Positions 20,185 through 29,895 of a stretch of 64,000 bases of DNA are shown here, one piece after another; position 1 is the stretch's first letter, and each line of letters begins with the position of its first letter. Where the stretch lies: NCBI GenBank assembly GCA_049903315.1, contig JBNGBT010000001.1:384001-448000 (forward strand), read 5' to 3'. The notes under the pieces are model-generated. The model was given only the letters and a program-made list of their open reading frames with translations, was not told the origin of the DNA and ran no database searches. A program made the translations under genes and the position numbers. This DNA comes from Candidatus Cloacimonadota bacterium. Lineage in GTDB: Bacteria > Cloacimonadota > Cloacimonadia > JGIOTU-2.

Positions 20185-21276
20185 TTACTGATTTAATAGC
20201 CATAAGAAAAATTTTTCATACTTATCGATTGTTTTCTCAATAGTGAAGCGTCTCATTAGCATCTCTTTTGCATTTTTCGATAATCTTAAACGTTCTTCTA
20301 GTGAACTAGCTAATATAATAACAAAGTCAGATAGTTCTTTTATGTTGTTATTTTCGAATAATAAACCTGTAGTATTGTGATTTATAAGATCGATGTTACC
20401 TGCTGCTTTAGTTGCAATTATTGGTACATTCAAGAAGATAGATTCTAATAATGACTGAGAAAGACCTTCTGTGATTGACGGAAGGATGAAGATGTCAAAC
20501 AATCTATAAAAATCTAGTACATCATCTGGTGGTATTTTTCCAAGGAAATATAAGGTATGATTATCAGGCAATGAGTTGATTAATTTTTCATTAAGATCTT
20601 TAATTGTAATACCGATAAAAAAGACCTTAAAGGACATGGATTTTATTAAATTTAACGCATTTATAAGTTGCTCTTGCTGTTTATGTCTTGAGACACATCC
20701 AATAACGATGTCACCATTTCTAATAGTAAAACGATCCTTTAATTGGTTTATATCTTTAGAAGGTGTATTAGCATATTTTTCAACTGGTGTGCCATTATAA
20801 ATAACTTTAATATGATTGTAAGGTATAAGGAGAGTGCGATGTAGAGCTCTTTTAATACCATTACTTACAGCAACGATTTTATTTGTTCCAATTGTATAAA
20901 ATAATCCCTGAATAAAACTACCGCTGCTCTTCGGCACTTGCCTTCTCGTATGGACCAATTTGAGATTAAAGCCATATAACCACTTTGTAAAAATAGATAA
21001 ATATCTGTCGATGCTTGCTTGAGCATTTACTATTTGTATATTATGTTTTTTTACTATATAGGCAATCAGTTTGATGGATTTTAGATCAATCTTGCTTTTG
21101 AGCGGAATAGCAATTAAATGAACATTCGAACAGGCGAACATTTTATAAAGAAGAGTATTTTTTCTACAACCAAGATATACATTATGTCCCCTCCTTGCGA
21201 GTCCTTCACATAGGTATTTTATTGAAAAAGAAGATCCAGCGATATTTCCCTGATATGAAAGGAATAAGATATTCAT
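20185..21276 (-). CDS. Glycosyltransferase family 4
   Basis: GT-B fold; VIYNG, LPSITEGLSQSLLES motif. Confidence 0.88.
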   Translation of the reverse strand: MNILFLSYQGNIAGSSFSIKYLCEGLARRGHNVYLGCRKNTLLYKMFACSNVHLIAIPLKSKIDLKSIKLIAYIVKKHNIQIVNAQASIDRYLSIFTKWLYGFNLKLVHTRRQVPKSSGSFIQGLFYTIGTNKIVAVSNGIKRALHRTLLIPYNHIKVIYNGTPVEKYANTPSKDINQLKDRFTIRNGDIVIGCVSRHKQQEQLINALNLIKSMSFKVFFIGITIKDLNEKLINSLPDNHTLYFLGKIPPDDVLDFYRLFDIFILPSITEGLSQSLLESIFLNVPIIATKAAGNIDLINHNTTGLLFENNNIKELSDFVIILASSLEERLRLSKNAKEMLMRRFTIEKTIDKYEKFFLWLLNQ

Positions 21277-21277
21277 A

Positions 21278-22279
21278 TTATTGTGTGCTAAAAAATATCT
21301 TGATTTTCTGAAAAATTTCTTCGGGTTTGATCAGCTTCATACAGTTGTGGTGCCCTTGAGGACATTTCTGTCCACCATGTAGAGAACAAGGTCTGCAAGG
21401 AATATTTACTTCAAATACTATGTCTCTTTCTCTATTTGGAAAGAATCCATATTGTTTTACAGTTGGCCCAAAGATCGCAAAAACATCAGTCTTCATTGCA
21501 TTAGCAATATGAACAGCTCCGCAGTCATTACTAATGAGAAGGTCACATTTTTGTAGAATTGCTGCTGATTCTAGAACCGTTGTGTGTCCTGCAATATTTA
21601 TTGCATCACTCTCCGGTTTGATCCTATCACAAAGATCCATTTCTTCAGGACTGCCTACTAATATGATAGAGAAACCTGCTTCAGTAAGATTTTTTGCAAG
21701 TTCTTGATAATATGTTTCCAACCATCTTTTGGTATGCCATACAGAGCCCGGAGCAAAAGCAATCTTCTTTTTAGCCTGATCAAGACCGGAAAGTAAGATA
21801 TCAGCTTTTTCAAAATCATCAGCATCTGGAAATAGTTCGGTTTGAATATCAAACACTTCTGTTGAAAATGGTGTGAGGAGATCAAGGTTTTTCTGTATAC
21901 GATGTACTTGTTTTCTGAATTGAACTCTATGCGTCAGCAATAATGATGATAACCATCTTTTAAATCCAACTCGTGTTTTAATATGAGAGAAGAAGACAAG
22001 GAAGGATGTGGTCATCGAGCTGTGCGGTAATAAAGCGATGTCATAGTGCTTTTTCCTAAGTATAGATAATGTCTTTATGAAGTTAACGATCTTATGCTTT
22101 CTCTTATCAAAGACAAGTATCTCATTGATGTGAGGATTTTGCTTCAACACGTCCTGAGTTTGGGGTATGACAAGAACATCGATTTCGCTGTTAGGGAAAA
22201 GTATTTTCGTTGCTCTTATAAGGGGTGTTATAAGAATAACATCTCCAAGAAAAGCAGTGTGTATGATAAGTATTTTCAT
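21278..22279 (-). CDS. waaF: LPS heptosyltransferase (GT9, WaaF-like)
   Basis: FLGDVILITP, APGSVWHTKRW, SNDCGAVHIA, FGPT, CRPC...C...HNCM. Confidence 0.8.
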   Translation of the reverse strand: MKILIIHTAFLGDVILITPLIRATKILFPNSEIDVLVIPQTQDVLKQNPHINEILVFDKRKHKIVNFIKTLSILRKKHYDIALLPHSSMTTSFLVFFSHIKTRVGFKRWLSSLLLTHRVQFRKQVHRIQKNLDLLTPFSTEVFDIQTELFPDADDFEKADILLSGLDQAKKKIAFAPGSVWHTKRWLETYYQELAKNLTEAGFSIILVGSPEEMDLCDRIKPESDAINIAGHTTVLESAAILQKCDLLISNDCGAVHIANAMKTDVFAIFGPTVKQYGFFPNRERDIVFEVNIPCRPCSLHGGQKCPQGHHNCMKLIKPEEIFQKIKIFFSTQ

Positions 22280-23367
22280 AGTAATTCTTTATATAAAGCC
22301 AAATATTTTTCCACAGTATTATTGATCGAGAAATTTTGTACAGATTCAAGAGCATTTCGCGCTAGCCGTTTTCTTAATTCTTCATCATTATACAATCGAA
22401 ATATTAATTTTACTAAAACTTCCGGATCATCAACAGGAATCAGGATTCCATTATGATTATTTTCTATTAATTCGGGGATACCGCCTGTATGAGTTGCAAT
22501 TACTGGCAAACCAGCAGCTTGAGCATCTAATATCGAGGAACCGAGTCCCTCCTGCTTAGAAGGGAGAACAAATAAATCTGAAATCTTCAGGAATAAGTTA
22601 ACATCTGTTTGAAATCCCATGAAGAGAAAATTTTCTCTTATGTGTAATGCTTCGACTTTCTGCTTGAGTTCATTCTCGTGCTTGCCGCTGCCAAGTGCGA
22701 TAAAATAAATATTATTATTCTTTTCAATGACCAATTTTGCTGCTTCGATCAATGACTCATATCCTTTATTCTTCTCCAAAGCGGCTATAGTTATGATAAT
22801 GAAACTATCCTGTGGGATGCGGAGCTTCTTCTTGAGCTCTGCTTTATTAGGAGTAGTATCGCTGGGGAAAAAAATCCCGCTTGGGATCGTAATGAGCTTT
22901 TTTGCATTGATACCTTGCTCAATCAATGAGTTCTTGATAAAATCAGAAATGCAGACAATTTTATCCAAATACGGATTTTGATATTTCCAGACACTGAATA
23001 AATTTTTTCTGATTGGATAGGCAACTCTTTTCGTATAGATCAGAGAAAATGCCGGATGGAATAATTTAGAAATAAGACCGATTGATAGGGCATGAGCGGT
23101 ATGAGCATGGAGGATGTTTGCCTGTTCTCGTTTCAGTAGTTTCGCGATTTTGAAAACTGCATGAATATCCATTTCTCCTTTCATCCTTATTTCAGTGTGA
23201 GGTAGATTTTTATTTCTGCAGAAGTCACTGAGGTTTGAACCGGGTTGACAGATAAGATGGGAATAGATGTTATAAGTACTGAGTTTATCCATAAGATATC
23301 CAACTTGGCGCTGACCACCCCTCCAGGTTTTTGAAGTATCTATATGAAAAATTCTCGGATTATTCAT
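22276..23367 (-). CDS. Glycosyltransferase family 4
   Basis: WRGGQRQ, KNKG, LPSKQEGLGSSILDA, GGIPE. Confidence 0.9.
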   Translation of the reverse strand: MNNPRIFHIDTSKTWRGGQRQVGYLMDKLSTYNIYSHLICQPGSNLSDFCRNKNLPHTEIRMKGEMDIHAVFKIAKLLKREQANILHAHTAHALSIGLISKLFHPAFSLIYTKRVAYPIRKNLFSVWKYQNPYLDKIVCISDFIKNSLIEQGINAKKLITIPSGIFFPSDTTPNKAELKKKLRIPQDSFIIITIAALEKNKGYESLIEAAKLVIEKNNNIYFIALGSGKHENELKQKVEALHIRENFLFMGFQTDVNLFLKISDLFVLPSKQEGLGSSILDAQAAGLPVIATHTGGIPELIENNHNGILIPVDDPEVLVKLIFRLYNDEELRKRLARNALESVQNFSINNTVEKYLALYKELL

Positions 23368-24292
23368 TGCTTGATTTATACAACTCTTTAAATTTGTTAA
23401 TAATTATATCAACCGATATATCATTGATGTTACCTGTATGGGATACTATCTTTCGTGATGACGGAGTGTTATAAAACCACTGGCTTACAGGACCACCAAT
23501 TTTATCGCCTTCGTCTTTGAAGAGTACTATCCTTGGCACATCATAGATATGAGCAAAATGTACGGGACCGCAATCGTTAGAAACGATATATTTTGATTTG
23601 AAAATTAGTTCCTTAAGAGATATAATATCCAGATCGATGAATAGCTTAAATTCTTCTGATAATGGTTCCAGCGAATTTAAAAGATTTTTATAGTGGGATT
23701 GGATAACAAAAGCTACAGGTATTGATTTATTGATTTCCTTTGCTACTTTTACGAAGTTATTGATATCATACATCTTTTCTATCCTGCCGGCTACTGGTAT
23801 GAATAGACAACTATCATCTTTAATCGTTTGGGAAATGCCCGGTTCAAGATCAGTTTTTCCAAGGATTTTAAGATAATTGAATGAGATATATTCAGATATA
23901 TCAAATGGAATTTTTTTCTTAAGTAAAAAACTTGTTGATGATGTGAAACCAATAGAATTTCTTGTATGTATTCTATTTGCTAAAATATTACACCTAAAGG
24001 ATTCCTTACGAAGCTGAAAAACAGAAGCTGGAGAGATAGTTTTTAAATTTCTAATGAGTGATAGGATATGTTGGGGATTGTTTTTATATTTACCATAAAT
24101 AATTGTTTCATCGATACAACCAAATATTTTAAGATAAGATGTAGAAGCTTCGTTTGGTGCTACTCCTATGATTTGATGACCGGTATATTCCTTTCTTAAT
24201 TCTTCGAAAAAGGGGATTTGAGCAATCTGTCTTCCAAGAAAAGGTTTGTTTTCAAGGAACACTATTATTGGAGCTTTTTCATTTTTCATCAT
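23360..24292 (-). CDS. Divergent glycosyltransferase family 9
   Basis: VSNDCGPVHFA GT9 motif; the N-terminal motif reads FLGRQIAQIP rather than the usual LGD. Confidence 0.7.
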   Translation of the reverse strand: MMKNEKAPIIVFLENKPFLGRQIAQIPFFEELRKEYTGHQIIGVAPNEASTSYLKIFGCIDETIIYGKYKNNPQHILSLIRNLKTISPASVFQLRKESFRCNILANRIHTRNSIGFTSSTSFLLKKKIPFDISEYISFNYLKILGKTDLEPGISQTIKDDSCLFIPVAGRIEKMYDINNFVKVAKEINKSIPVAFVIQSHYKNLLNSLEPLSEEFKLFIDLDIISLKELIFKSKYIVSNDCGPVHFAHIYDVPRIVLFKDEGDKIGGPVSQWFYNTPSSRKIVSHTGNINDISVDIIINKFKELYKSSNE

Positions 24293-24312
24293 TTAGGCAT
24301 TTAAGCAAAAAT

Positions 24313-25263
24313 TTAGATATCAAAAAGAATGAAGTTTTTAAAGTACCCGATCTGATTACCTCTATTCAGATTATTTTCTAAGAAGGTTAATAACTGATTT
24401 CTAAATTTTTCATGCTTGTATTTTTCTCGCAAAGGATTTGGTTTGCCTGTGAACTGAAGTTTATCCTGCCAGTTGAATTCAGATAATTTTTTCTCCATTA
24501 CCGCAGGATGAGTTCCACGGAATGTTGCCAATTTATTCAATGGTCCATAATCGAAATAGCTATCCAACTTATCGTAATGCTCTTTTGCCCTTTTTGAACC
24601 CCAGTGATTTGTATGGAAATACCTTCTTTTATTCTGCATCAGATGAGGGGGGCGCACCCATCCATAGTGATACACATAAGCATCAATAAGCGCAACTTTC
24701 AACTTATATGTATCCTCTTGTTGTCTATAATTAATGCCATCAAAATGAGGGATTCTTCTAAAGGATTGAGCTGATTCCCACGAATGGATATCCGGATCAT
24801 TCCTTATAATTCTGATCTCATAAGGATACCATCCATGGCTTTTATGATAATGAGAGTAATCTCCCCAGAAGTGAAAATATTTAAAAAGCAATCCTTCGAC
24901 TTCAGGATTTTCCAATAAATCCTCACATCGCTTATGAATAATGGACAGATCTTTCTCATGGATAACTTCGTCTCCCTGCAGATAAAAAAGCCAATCTCCT
25001 GTGCAGGCATTTTTAGCAATATCAGTTTGATGAGCATGCTCCATTCCTCGAGGAAATTTCTCAATATCCCAAACAGTATCAATAATCCTTATCTTAGGTG
25101 AGTTTATTGCTTCGATTTTTTTTCTGGATGTATCGTCTTGATCACCTTTGCCCACGGCAATGACAAATTCATCCACAAGTGGCAGAATAGATTTAATTGT
25201 TTCAACAACAGGATAATAGAGTTTTACCCCATTTCGAACAAAAGAGAAACCGCTTATCTTCAT
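24313..25263 (-). CDS. Glycosyltransferase family 2-like
   Basis: KISGFSFVRNG, DEFVIAVG, WLFYLQGDE, YHYGWVR; ATG at 25263 preferred. Confidence 0.8.
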   Translation of the reverse strand: MKISGFSFVRNGVKLYYPVVETIKSILPLVDEFVIAVGKGDQDDTSRKKIEAINSPKIRIIDTVWDIEKFPRGMEHAHQTDIAKNACTGDWLFYLQGDEVIHEKDLSIIHKRCEDLLENPEVEGLLFKYFHFWGDYSHYHKSHGWYPYEIRIIRNDPDIHSWESAQSFRRIPHFDGINYRQQEDTYKLKVALIDAYVYHYGWVRPPHLMQNKRRYFHTNHWGSKRAKEHYDKLDSYFDYGPLNKLATFRGTHPAVMEKKLSEFNWQDKLQFTGKPNPLREKYKHEKFRNQLLTFLENNLNRGNQIGYFKNFILFDI

Positions 25264-25303
25264 GTTTTTAAATATCTCTCTACATATCATTTATTAATGT
25301 AAT

Positions 25304-25708
25304 TTAACATTTTTTATTTTTTTTTGAGTTTATATGATCTTTGAGTATGGTTGTAGAGATTTCAGGTGTTCTTTCCAGATATACAACTTCGCAGTATTCC
25401 TTCAGAAAGTCGAATTTGCCTTCCCAGTCGTTGCCCATTATGAATACATCGACATCGTGCTTAAGGATATCGTCTATTTTTTGATCCCAGCCATTTTCCG
25501 GTATCACTTCATCGACATATCTGATTGATTTTATAATTTCAGCGCGATGTGCGAATGGTTGCACACATTTTTTCCCTTTGATAAGATTGAATTCATCGGT
25601 TGATATCCCCACGATAAGATAGTCACCAAATTCTTTTGCGCGTTTAAGTAATCGAAAATGCCCGTAATGAAGGAGGTCATAAGTGCCGTAAGTAAGTATT
25701 TTTTTCAT
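25304..25708 (-). CDS. tagD: Glycerol-3-phosphate cytidylyltransferase
   Basis: TYGTYDLLHYGH, MGNDWEGKFDFL, RTPEISTT. Confidence 0.9.
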   Translation of the reverse strand: MKKILTYGTYDLLHYGHFRLLKRAKEFGDYLIVGISTDEFNLIKGKKCVQPFAHRAEIIKSIRYVDEVIPENGWDQKIDDILKHDVDVFIMGNDWEGKFDFLKEYCEVVYLERTPEISTTILKDHINSKKNKKC

Positions 25709-25716
25709 ATTTTTCT

Positions 25717-26793
25717 CTAATAAATCTTAGCTTTTTCAGAACCAGTAAGAACTCTCAATCCGGCTTCAGCCAGCGCTTCCATTTCACCTTCACCGGGAAA
25801 AAGATAGATTGGAGCGATAAACGCTGTGCGTTCCTGTATCCAGCCGGTAAGATATTTATCATATGCAAGTCCACCAGTAAGAAATATAGCATCAACTTTC
25901 CCTTTAAGCACGGTTGCATATGCCCCAATCTCTTTAGAAATCTGATATGCCATTGCTTCAAGGATCTGGCGGAATTTTTTATTACCTTTTGCAACTTCTT
26001 TTTCAATTTCAATATCATTATCTGTACCAAGATAACCGATTAAGCCACTGGACTTTGTGAATATTTTCTCAATCTCGGTTTTTGTGTATTTACCGGAAAA
26101 ACACATGTCAATTATTCCACTCAAGGGAAGTGCACCAGCTCGTTGTGGAGAAAAAGGTCCCATTCCGAGAAGAGCATTATTAACATCTACAACCTTTCCT
26201 TGCTTTATAGCTGCAACACTTATTCCACCACCCATGTGAGCAGCAACAAAATTGCATTCATCGAAAACTTTATTGAGTTTCTTTGCAGTTTTACGTGCGA
26301 TAGCTCTTATGTTCAAAGCATGAAAAAGACTTTGTCTGACAATTCCGGGAACGCCGGAAATTCGGGCAATGTCCTCCATCTCATCGACAGTTACAGGATC
26401 AGCAACATAGCATGGAATATGAAGCTCTTCGGAGATTGATTTTGCTATAAAAGCTCCCAAATTTGATGCATGGACTCTTCCGCAAATTGTTGGATCTTTC
26501 AGATCAGCAAGCATTTTTAGATTAATTTCAAATACTCCGCTTGGTACCGGTCGCAAAAGACCTCCACGACTTACAATTGCATCAAGTGAATCAAGAGGGA
26601 TGTCATTTTCTTCAAGAGCTTCTTCAACAATATTTTTTCTGAACTCAAACTGATCGATCAGTTCTTCAAAGGGAGAAAGTTCTTCCGGGGTGTGATTGAG
26701 TGTTTTTTTGAATACTTCTTTATTATTCTCAAATACTGCTATTTTTGTGGATGTTGAGCCGGGATTAATTACAAGAATGCGAAAATCAGGCAT
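25717..26793 (-). CDS. buk: Butyrate kinase
   Basis: INPGSTSTK, RGGLL, HASNLG, DPVTVDE, HALN, HMGGGIS, PGEGEMEAL; GGAGG before ATG 26793. Confidence 0.96.
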   Translation of the reverse strand: MPDFRILVINPGSTSTKIAVFENNKEVFKKTLNHTPEELSPFEELIDQFEFRKNIVEEALEENDIPLDSLDAIVSRGGLLRPVPSGVFEINLKMLADLKDPTICGRVHASNLGAFIAKSISEELHIPCYVADPVTVDEMEDIARISGVPGIVRQSLFHALNIRAIARKTAKKLNKVFDECNFVAAHMGGGISVAAIKQGKVVDVNNALLGMGPFSPQRAGALPLSGIIDMCFSGKYTKTEIEKIFTKSSGLIGYLGTDNDIEIEKEVAKGNKKFRQILEAMAYQISKEIGAYATVLKGKVDAIFLTGGLAYDKYLTGWIQERTAFIAPIYLFPGEGEMEALAEAGLRVLTGSEKAKIY

Positions 26794-26845
26794 GCATCCT
26801 CCAAAATTTTTTCCCAAAATCTCTTGAAGATTTATAAGTGGTCAA

Positions 26846-26873
26846 TAAAAAAACCCCGCTCATAGGCGGGGTT
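26846..26873 (-). terminator. Intrinsic terminator after the tandem barrel genes
   Basis: Stem AACCCCGC/GCGGGGTT with a U-tract on the minus strand. Confidence 0.8.
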
Positions 26874-26895
26874 AAAACTTATTTACGTTTTATAC

Positions 26896-27831
26896 TTAAA
26901 ACAAGAATCCAAATTCGAGGGTGAGGGCACCACCAAAGTCCTTATCAAATCCGGCTTCGGTTTTCTTCATAGAATCATAATTGTATTCGAGTTTCATAAA
27001 TGCACTCTTCATAGGTTTCATATTGAGACCTGCGATGAAGTTAAAATCTTTCATCTCATTCTTTGAGAAATACCCAATGTAGGGTTTGATCAATTTAACG
27101 TACGGAGCCATGAAACCTTTTTCATAAGTAACCATGCCCCAGAGAGTGAGGTCGTCAGTATTTTTGTTGTCGTCATCGAGATTGTAGGCTTGAAGATCAA
27201 ATCTTACCATGCTATCAAGCTTATAACAAACATCGACTCCCCAATCAATCATACGACTATCTTTAAACGCTTCTCTTGCACGTATTGATCCTCCAAGTCT
27301 CAGATTCTCAACATATTTTGTTTGAGCTCTGAAACCAAGTGTTGATGGTATATCCACTGTTCCTGCCGCATTACCCATGTCAGCCCAGTAAAGACTGAAG
27401 TAATGAGCAGCGCACCAGTCAATGGATAGCTTCACCATGAGTTCACTTGCAAAAGCACCTTGATAATCGTATGGTTCGTAAATACTGATGATATTCGAAG
27501 GTGCCTTCGGGAAGGAACCAAAATCACAATACATTTTTCCAAAGGATACTTTACCAATTATCCAAGGGTATTTTTGAAAGTATGAATAATAGGTTTTAAA
27601 CAGATCCAGCGATGCCCATGCTTGGTTAACGGTCAGTTCTGGAGTAGTCTCAGTTAGGCTTTTAATGCCAAAGGAAGTAAAATAATTATCACCCTTCCAG
27701 CATAGTCTCATATCGTTGAAATGCCAATATCGCTGGTGGGCTTGTGAAGTATAGTAAAAACTCACTTCATGAGCCATCAAATATGAACCTAGCAAAAGGA
27801 GAGTGATAAGAATCACAATAAATTTTTTCAT
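26896..27831 (-). CDS. Predicted outer-membrane beta-barrel protein (paralog 2)
   Basis: Signal peptide, alternating hydrophobic beta pattern, C-terminal LEFGFLF; AAGGAG before ATG 27831. Confidence 0.65.
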   Translation of the reverse strand: MKKFIVILITLLLLGSYLMAHEVSFYYTSQAHQRYWHFNDMRLCWKGDNYFTSFGIKSLTETTPELTVNQAWASLDLFKTYYSYFQKYPWIIGKVSFGKMYCDFGSFPKAPSNIISIYEPYDYQGAFASELMVKLSIDWCAAHYFSLYWADMGNAAGTVDIPSTLGFRAQTKYVENLRLGGSIRAREAFKDSRMIDWGVDVCYKLDSMVRFDLQAYNLDDDNKNTDDLTLWGMVTYEKGFMAPYVKLIKPYIGYFSKNEMKDFNFIAGLNMKPMKSAFMKLEYNYDSMKKTEAGFDKDFGGALTLEFGFLF

Positions 27832-27885
27832 AAATGTCTCCTTATCTTTCATTAATAATGAAGATTGGATTATAAATATTCATAA

Positions 27886-28782
27886 TTAAAATACATAACC
27901 TGCTTGGAGAGTAAGTATATTACTTCCGCTACCTACTGAGTTGCGGTTGTATTCTAATTTCATGAATACATTGTCCATAGGTTTCATATTTAGACCAACG
28001 ACGATATTATAGTCGTCCATAGCATTCTTTGAGAAGTAACCCGCATAGGGTCGAGTAAGTTTGACAAATGGAAGATCAAATCCTTTTTCATATGATACAA
28101 TACCGAACATGTCCATTTGGGTCGTATCAGTAGTAAGGTCTTTTTGAACGCTGTATCCCTGGATATTGATTTTCACGCTTTTTGCAAGAAGCCAGCAAAT
28201 GTCAGCACCAAATTCAACTATGTTACCAACATCAGGATAGTCCTTGTCATTTGAGATCAGGTTCTTACCTCTAACAGAACCACCAATTTTCAGATCAGCC
28301 ATACTATAAGTAAGACGGATTCCCATAAAAGATGGTTTATCCCATGGTTGATTCCATGCTATTCTACCGGCATCAGCCCAGTATGCCTGCCATCCAAAAT
28401 CACCAAACATACCACAAAAGTCCAGCATAACAGCAGATTCTTTGAGTCCTAAAGCTGTTGGCTGGAAAATACTGATTTCTTTAGAGGGCAGATTTTCGAA
28501 GTTACCAAAGGGATACCACACCATACCAACTTTTGCGCCAAAAGTCTTACCTCCAAATTTCATCCAGGCTTCATTCAAAACCAATGGATTCTGTCTTAGG
28601 AGTGGGGTGGCATTCAAATCTACACCCCAATTACCCTTGTACCAATCAAACCGAATACCATTGTCGGTGTAGTGCCAGTAGCGCTGATGAGCTTGACTTG
28701 TGTAATAGAAACTTACTTCACTTGCGATGGCAAAAGAAGTAATTACACACATTAAAAGAACAAACAACACAATCTTTTTCAT
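27886..28782 (-). CDS. Predicted outer-membrane beta-barrel protein (paralog 1)
   Basis: Signal peptide, beta pattern, C-terminal LQAGYVF; clear paralog of the downstream gene. Confidence 0.65.
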   Translation of the reverse strand: MKKIVLFVLLMCVITSFAIASEVSFYYTSQAHQRYWHYTDNGIRFDWYKGNWGVDLNATPLLRQNPLVLNEAWMKFGGKTFGAKVGMVWYPFGNFENLPSKEISIFQPTALGLKESAVMLDFCGMFGDFGWQAYWADAGRIAWNQPWDKPSFMGIRLTYSMADLKIGGSVRGKNLISNDKDYPDVGNIVEFGADICWLLAKSVKINIQGYSVQKDLTTDTTQMDMFGIVSYEKGFDLPFVKLTRPYAGYFSKNAMDDYNIVVGLNMKPMDNVFMKLEYNRNSVGSGSNILTLQAGYVF

Positions 28783-28932
28783 TCATTTCTCCTTTCATTT
28801 TCATACATAGAGAATGATTGAACAACCATAATTCCATGTCATACTTATGATTTTCTCTAATATTGAATTAATGAAAATTACTTTATTTGCCAAATACCTA
28901 TTATTCAAATATTTGTCAAATTTTTTATTATT

Positions 28933-29895
28933 TTAATGAAAAAATTCTAATCCAAGAGAAATTCTGTGAATATTATCCAAGTCTGAATTATTCTCAAATG
29001 CATACTGCAAAGTGTAATTTTTATACGAGATAAAAGCACCTGCAGTAAAATATTCTCTATCAATTCCACATGCGATTGAAAGGAAGGGGGCAAAATCAAG
29101 AAGCATGCCTGCATGGAAATCAAAGCTTGCTTTGCCAGCAGATAATTGGGCAGATTCCTTACGGTTTTCAAAATATATATCCGTTTGACACAGCAATCGT
29201 GAGGGTACATTTATAATTGGAAAAATAAATCCTGCACTTGCACCAGCAAAAATGTTTGGAGAAACGGTTTCTGTTTCACCATTTTTCCACCAGATTGTCG
29301 TTCCAATCATATCGCGAATATTCAGACCAACTTGAATTGCGTTATTAATTTTATATAGAAAGCCTGCATCAAGTCCAATTCCAGAAGCCTTAATATCACC
29401 GATTGTTCTGTAAATAAGTTTTGTAGTGACACCAAAAGTAATATTATTGTACAATTTTGAACTGAATGATAAATAACCAGTATAATCAGCATCGCTCACA
29501 TGTTTATATGCATAGGGAGGATTATGAACTGAAATGGTATCATTAGGATCTTCAAGCTCTGTAAGCGGAATGCCGGAAATGCCTGTTCGAGTAATGAGAA
29601 AACCAAATTTCTTTGATTCATCAAGGGGATAAATTGCGCTGACCGCATCATATTTTAGATTTCCTGCGTATTCTTCAGAATGCATAATATTAAAAGAAAG
29701 GTGATTGCAATAATAAATTCCTGCTGGATTCCAATAGGTTGCTGTAGGATCATCAGCGAGAGCAACAAAAGCATTTCCAAGGGCTCGGGATCTTACACCA
29801 ACTCCAATATTCAAAAATTCACCCGCATACTTATCTGCATAAGATATGCTACTAAAAATAAAGAGCACTATTAGTAGAATAAATATTTTTTTCAT
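28933..29895 (-). CDS. PorV/UPF0164-family outer-membrane barrel
   Basis: FLNIGVGVRSRALGNAFVALADDPTATYWNPAG N-terminal signature; ends HRISLGLEF. Confidence 0.82.
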   Translation of the reverse strand: MKKIFILLIVLFIFSSISYADKYAGEFLNIGVGVRSRALGNAFVALADDPTATYWNPAGIYYCNHLSFNIMHSEEYAGNLKYDAVSAIYPLDESKKFGFLITRTGISGIPLTELEDPNDTISVHNPPYAYKHVSDADYTGYLSFSSKLYNNITFGVTTKLIYRTIGDIKASGIGLDAGFLYKINNAIQVGLNIRDMIGTTIWWKNGETETVSPNIFAGASAGFIFPIINVPSRLLCQTDIYFENRKESAQLSAGKASFDFHAGMLLDFAPFLSIACGIDREYFTAGAFISYKNYTLQYAFENNSDLDNIHRISLGLEFFH

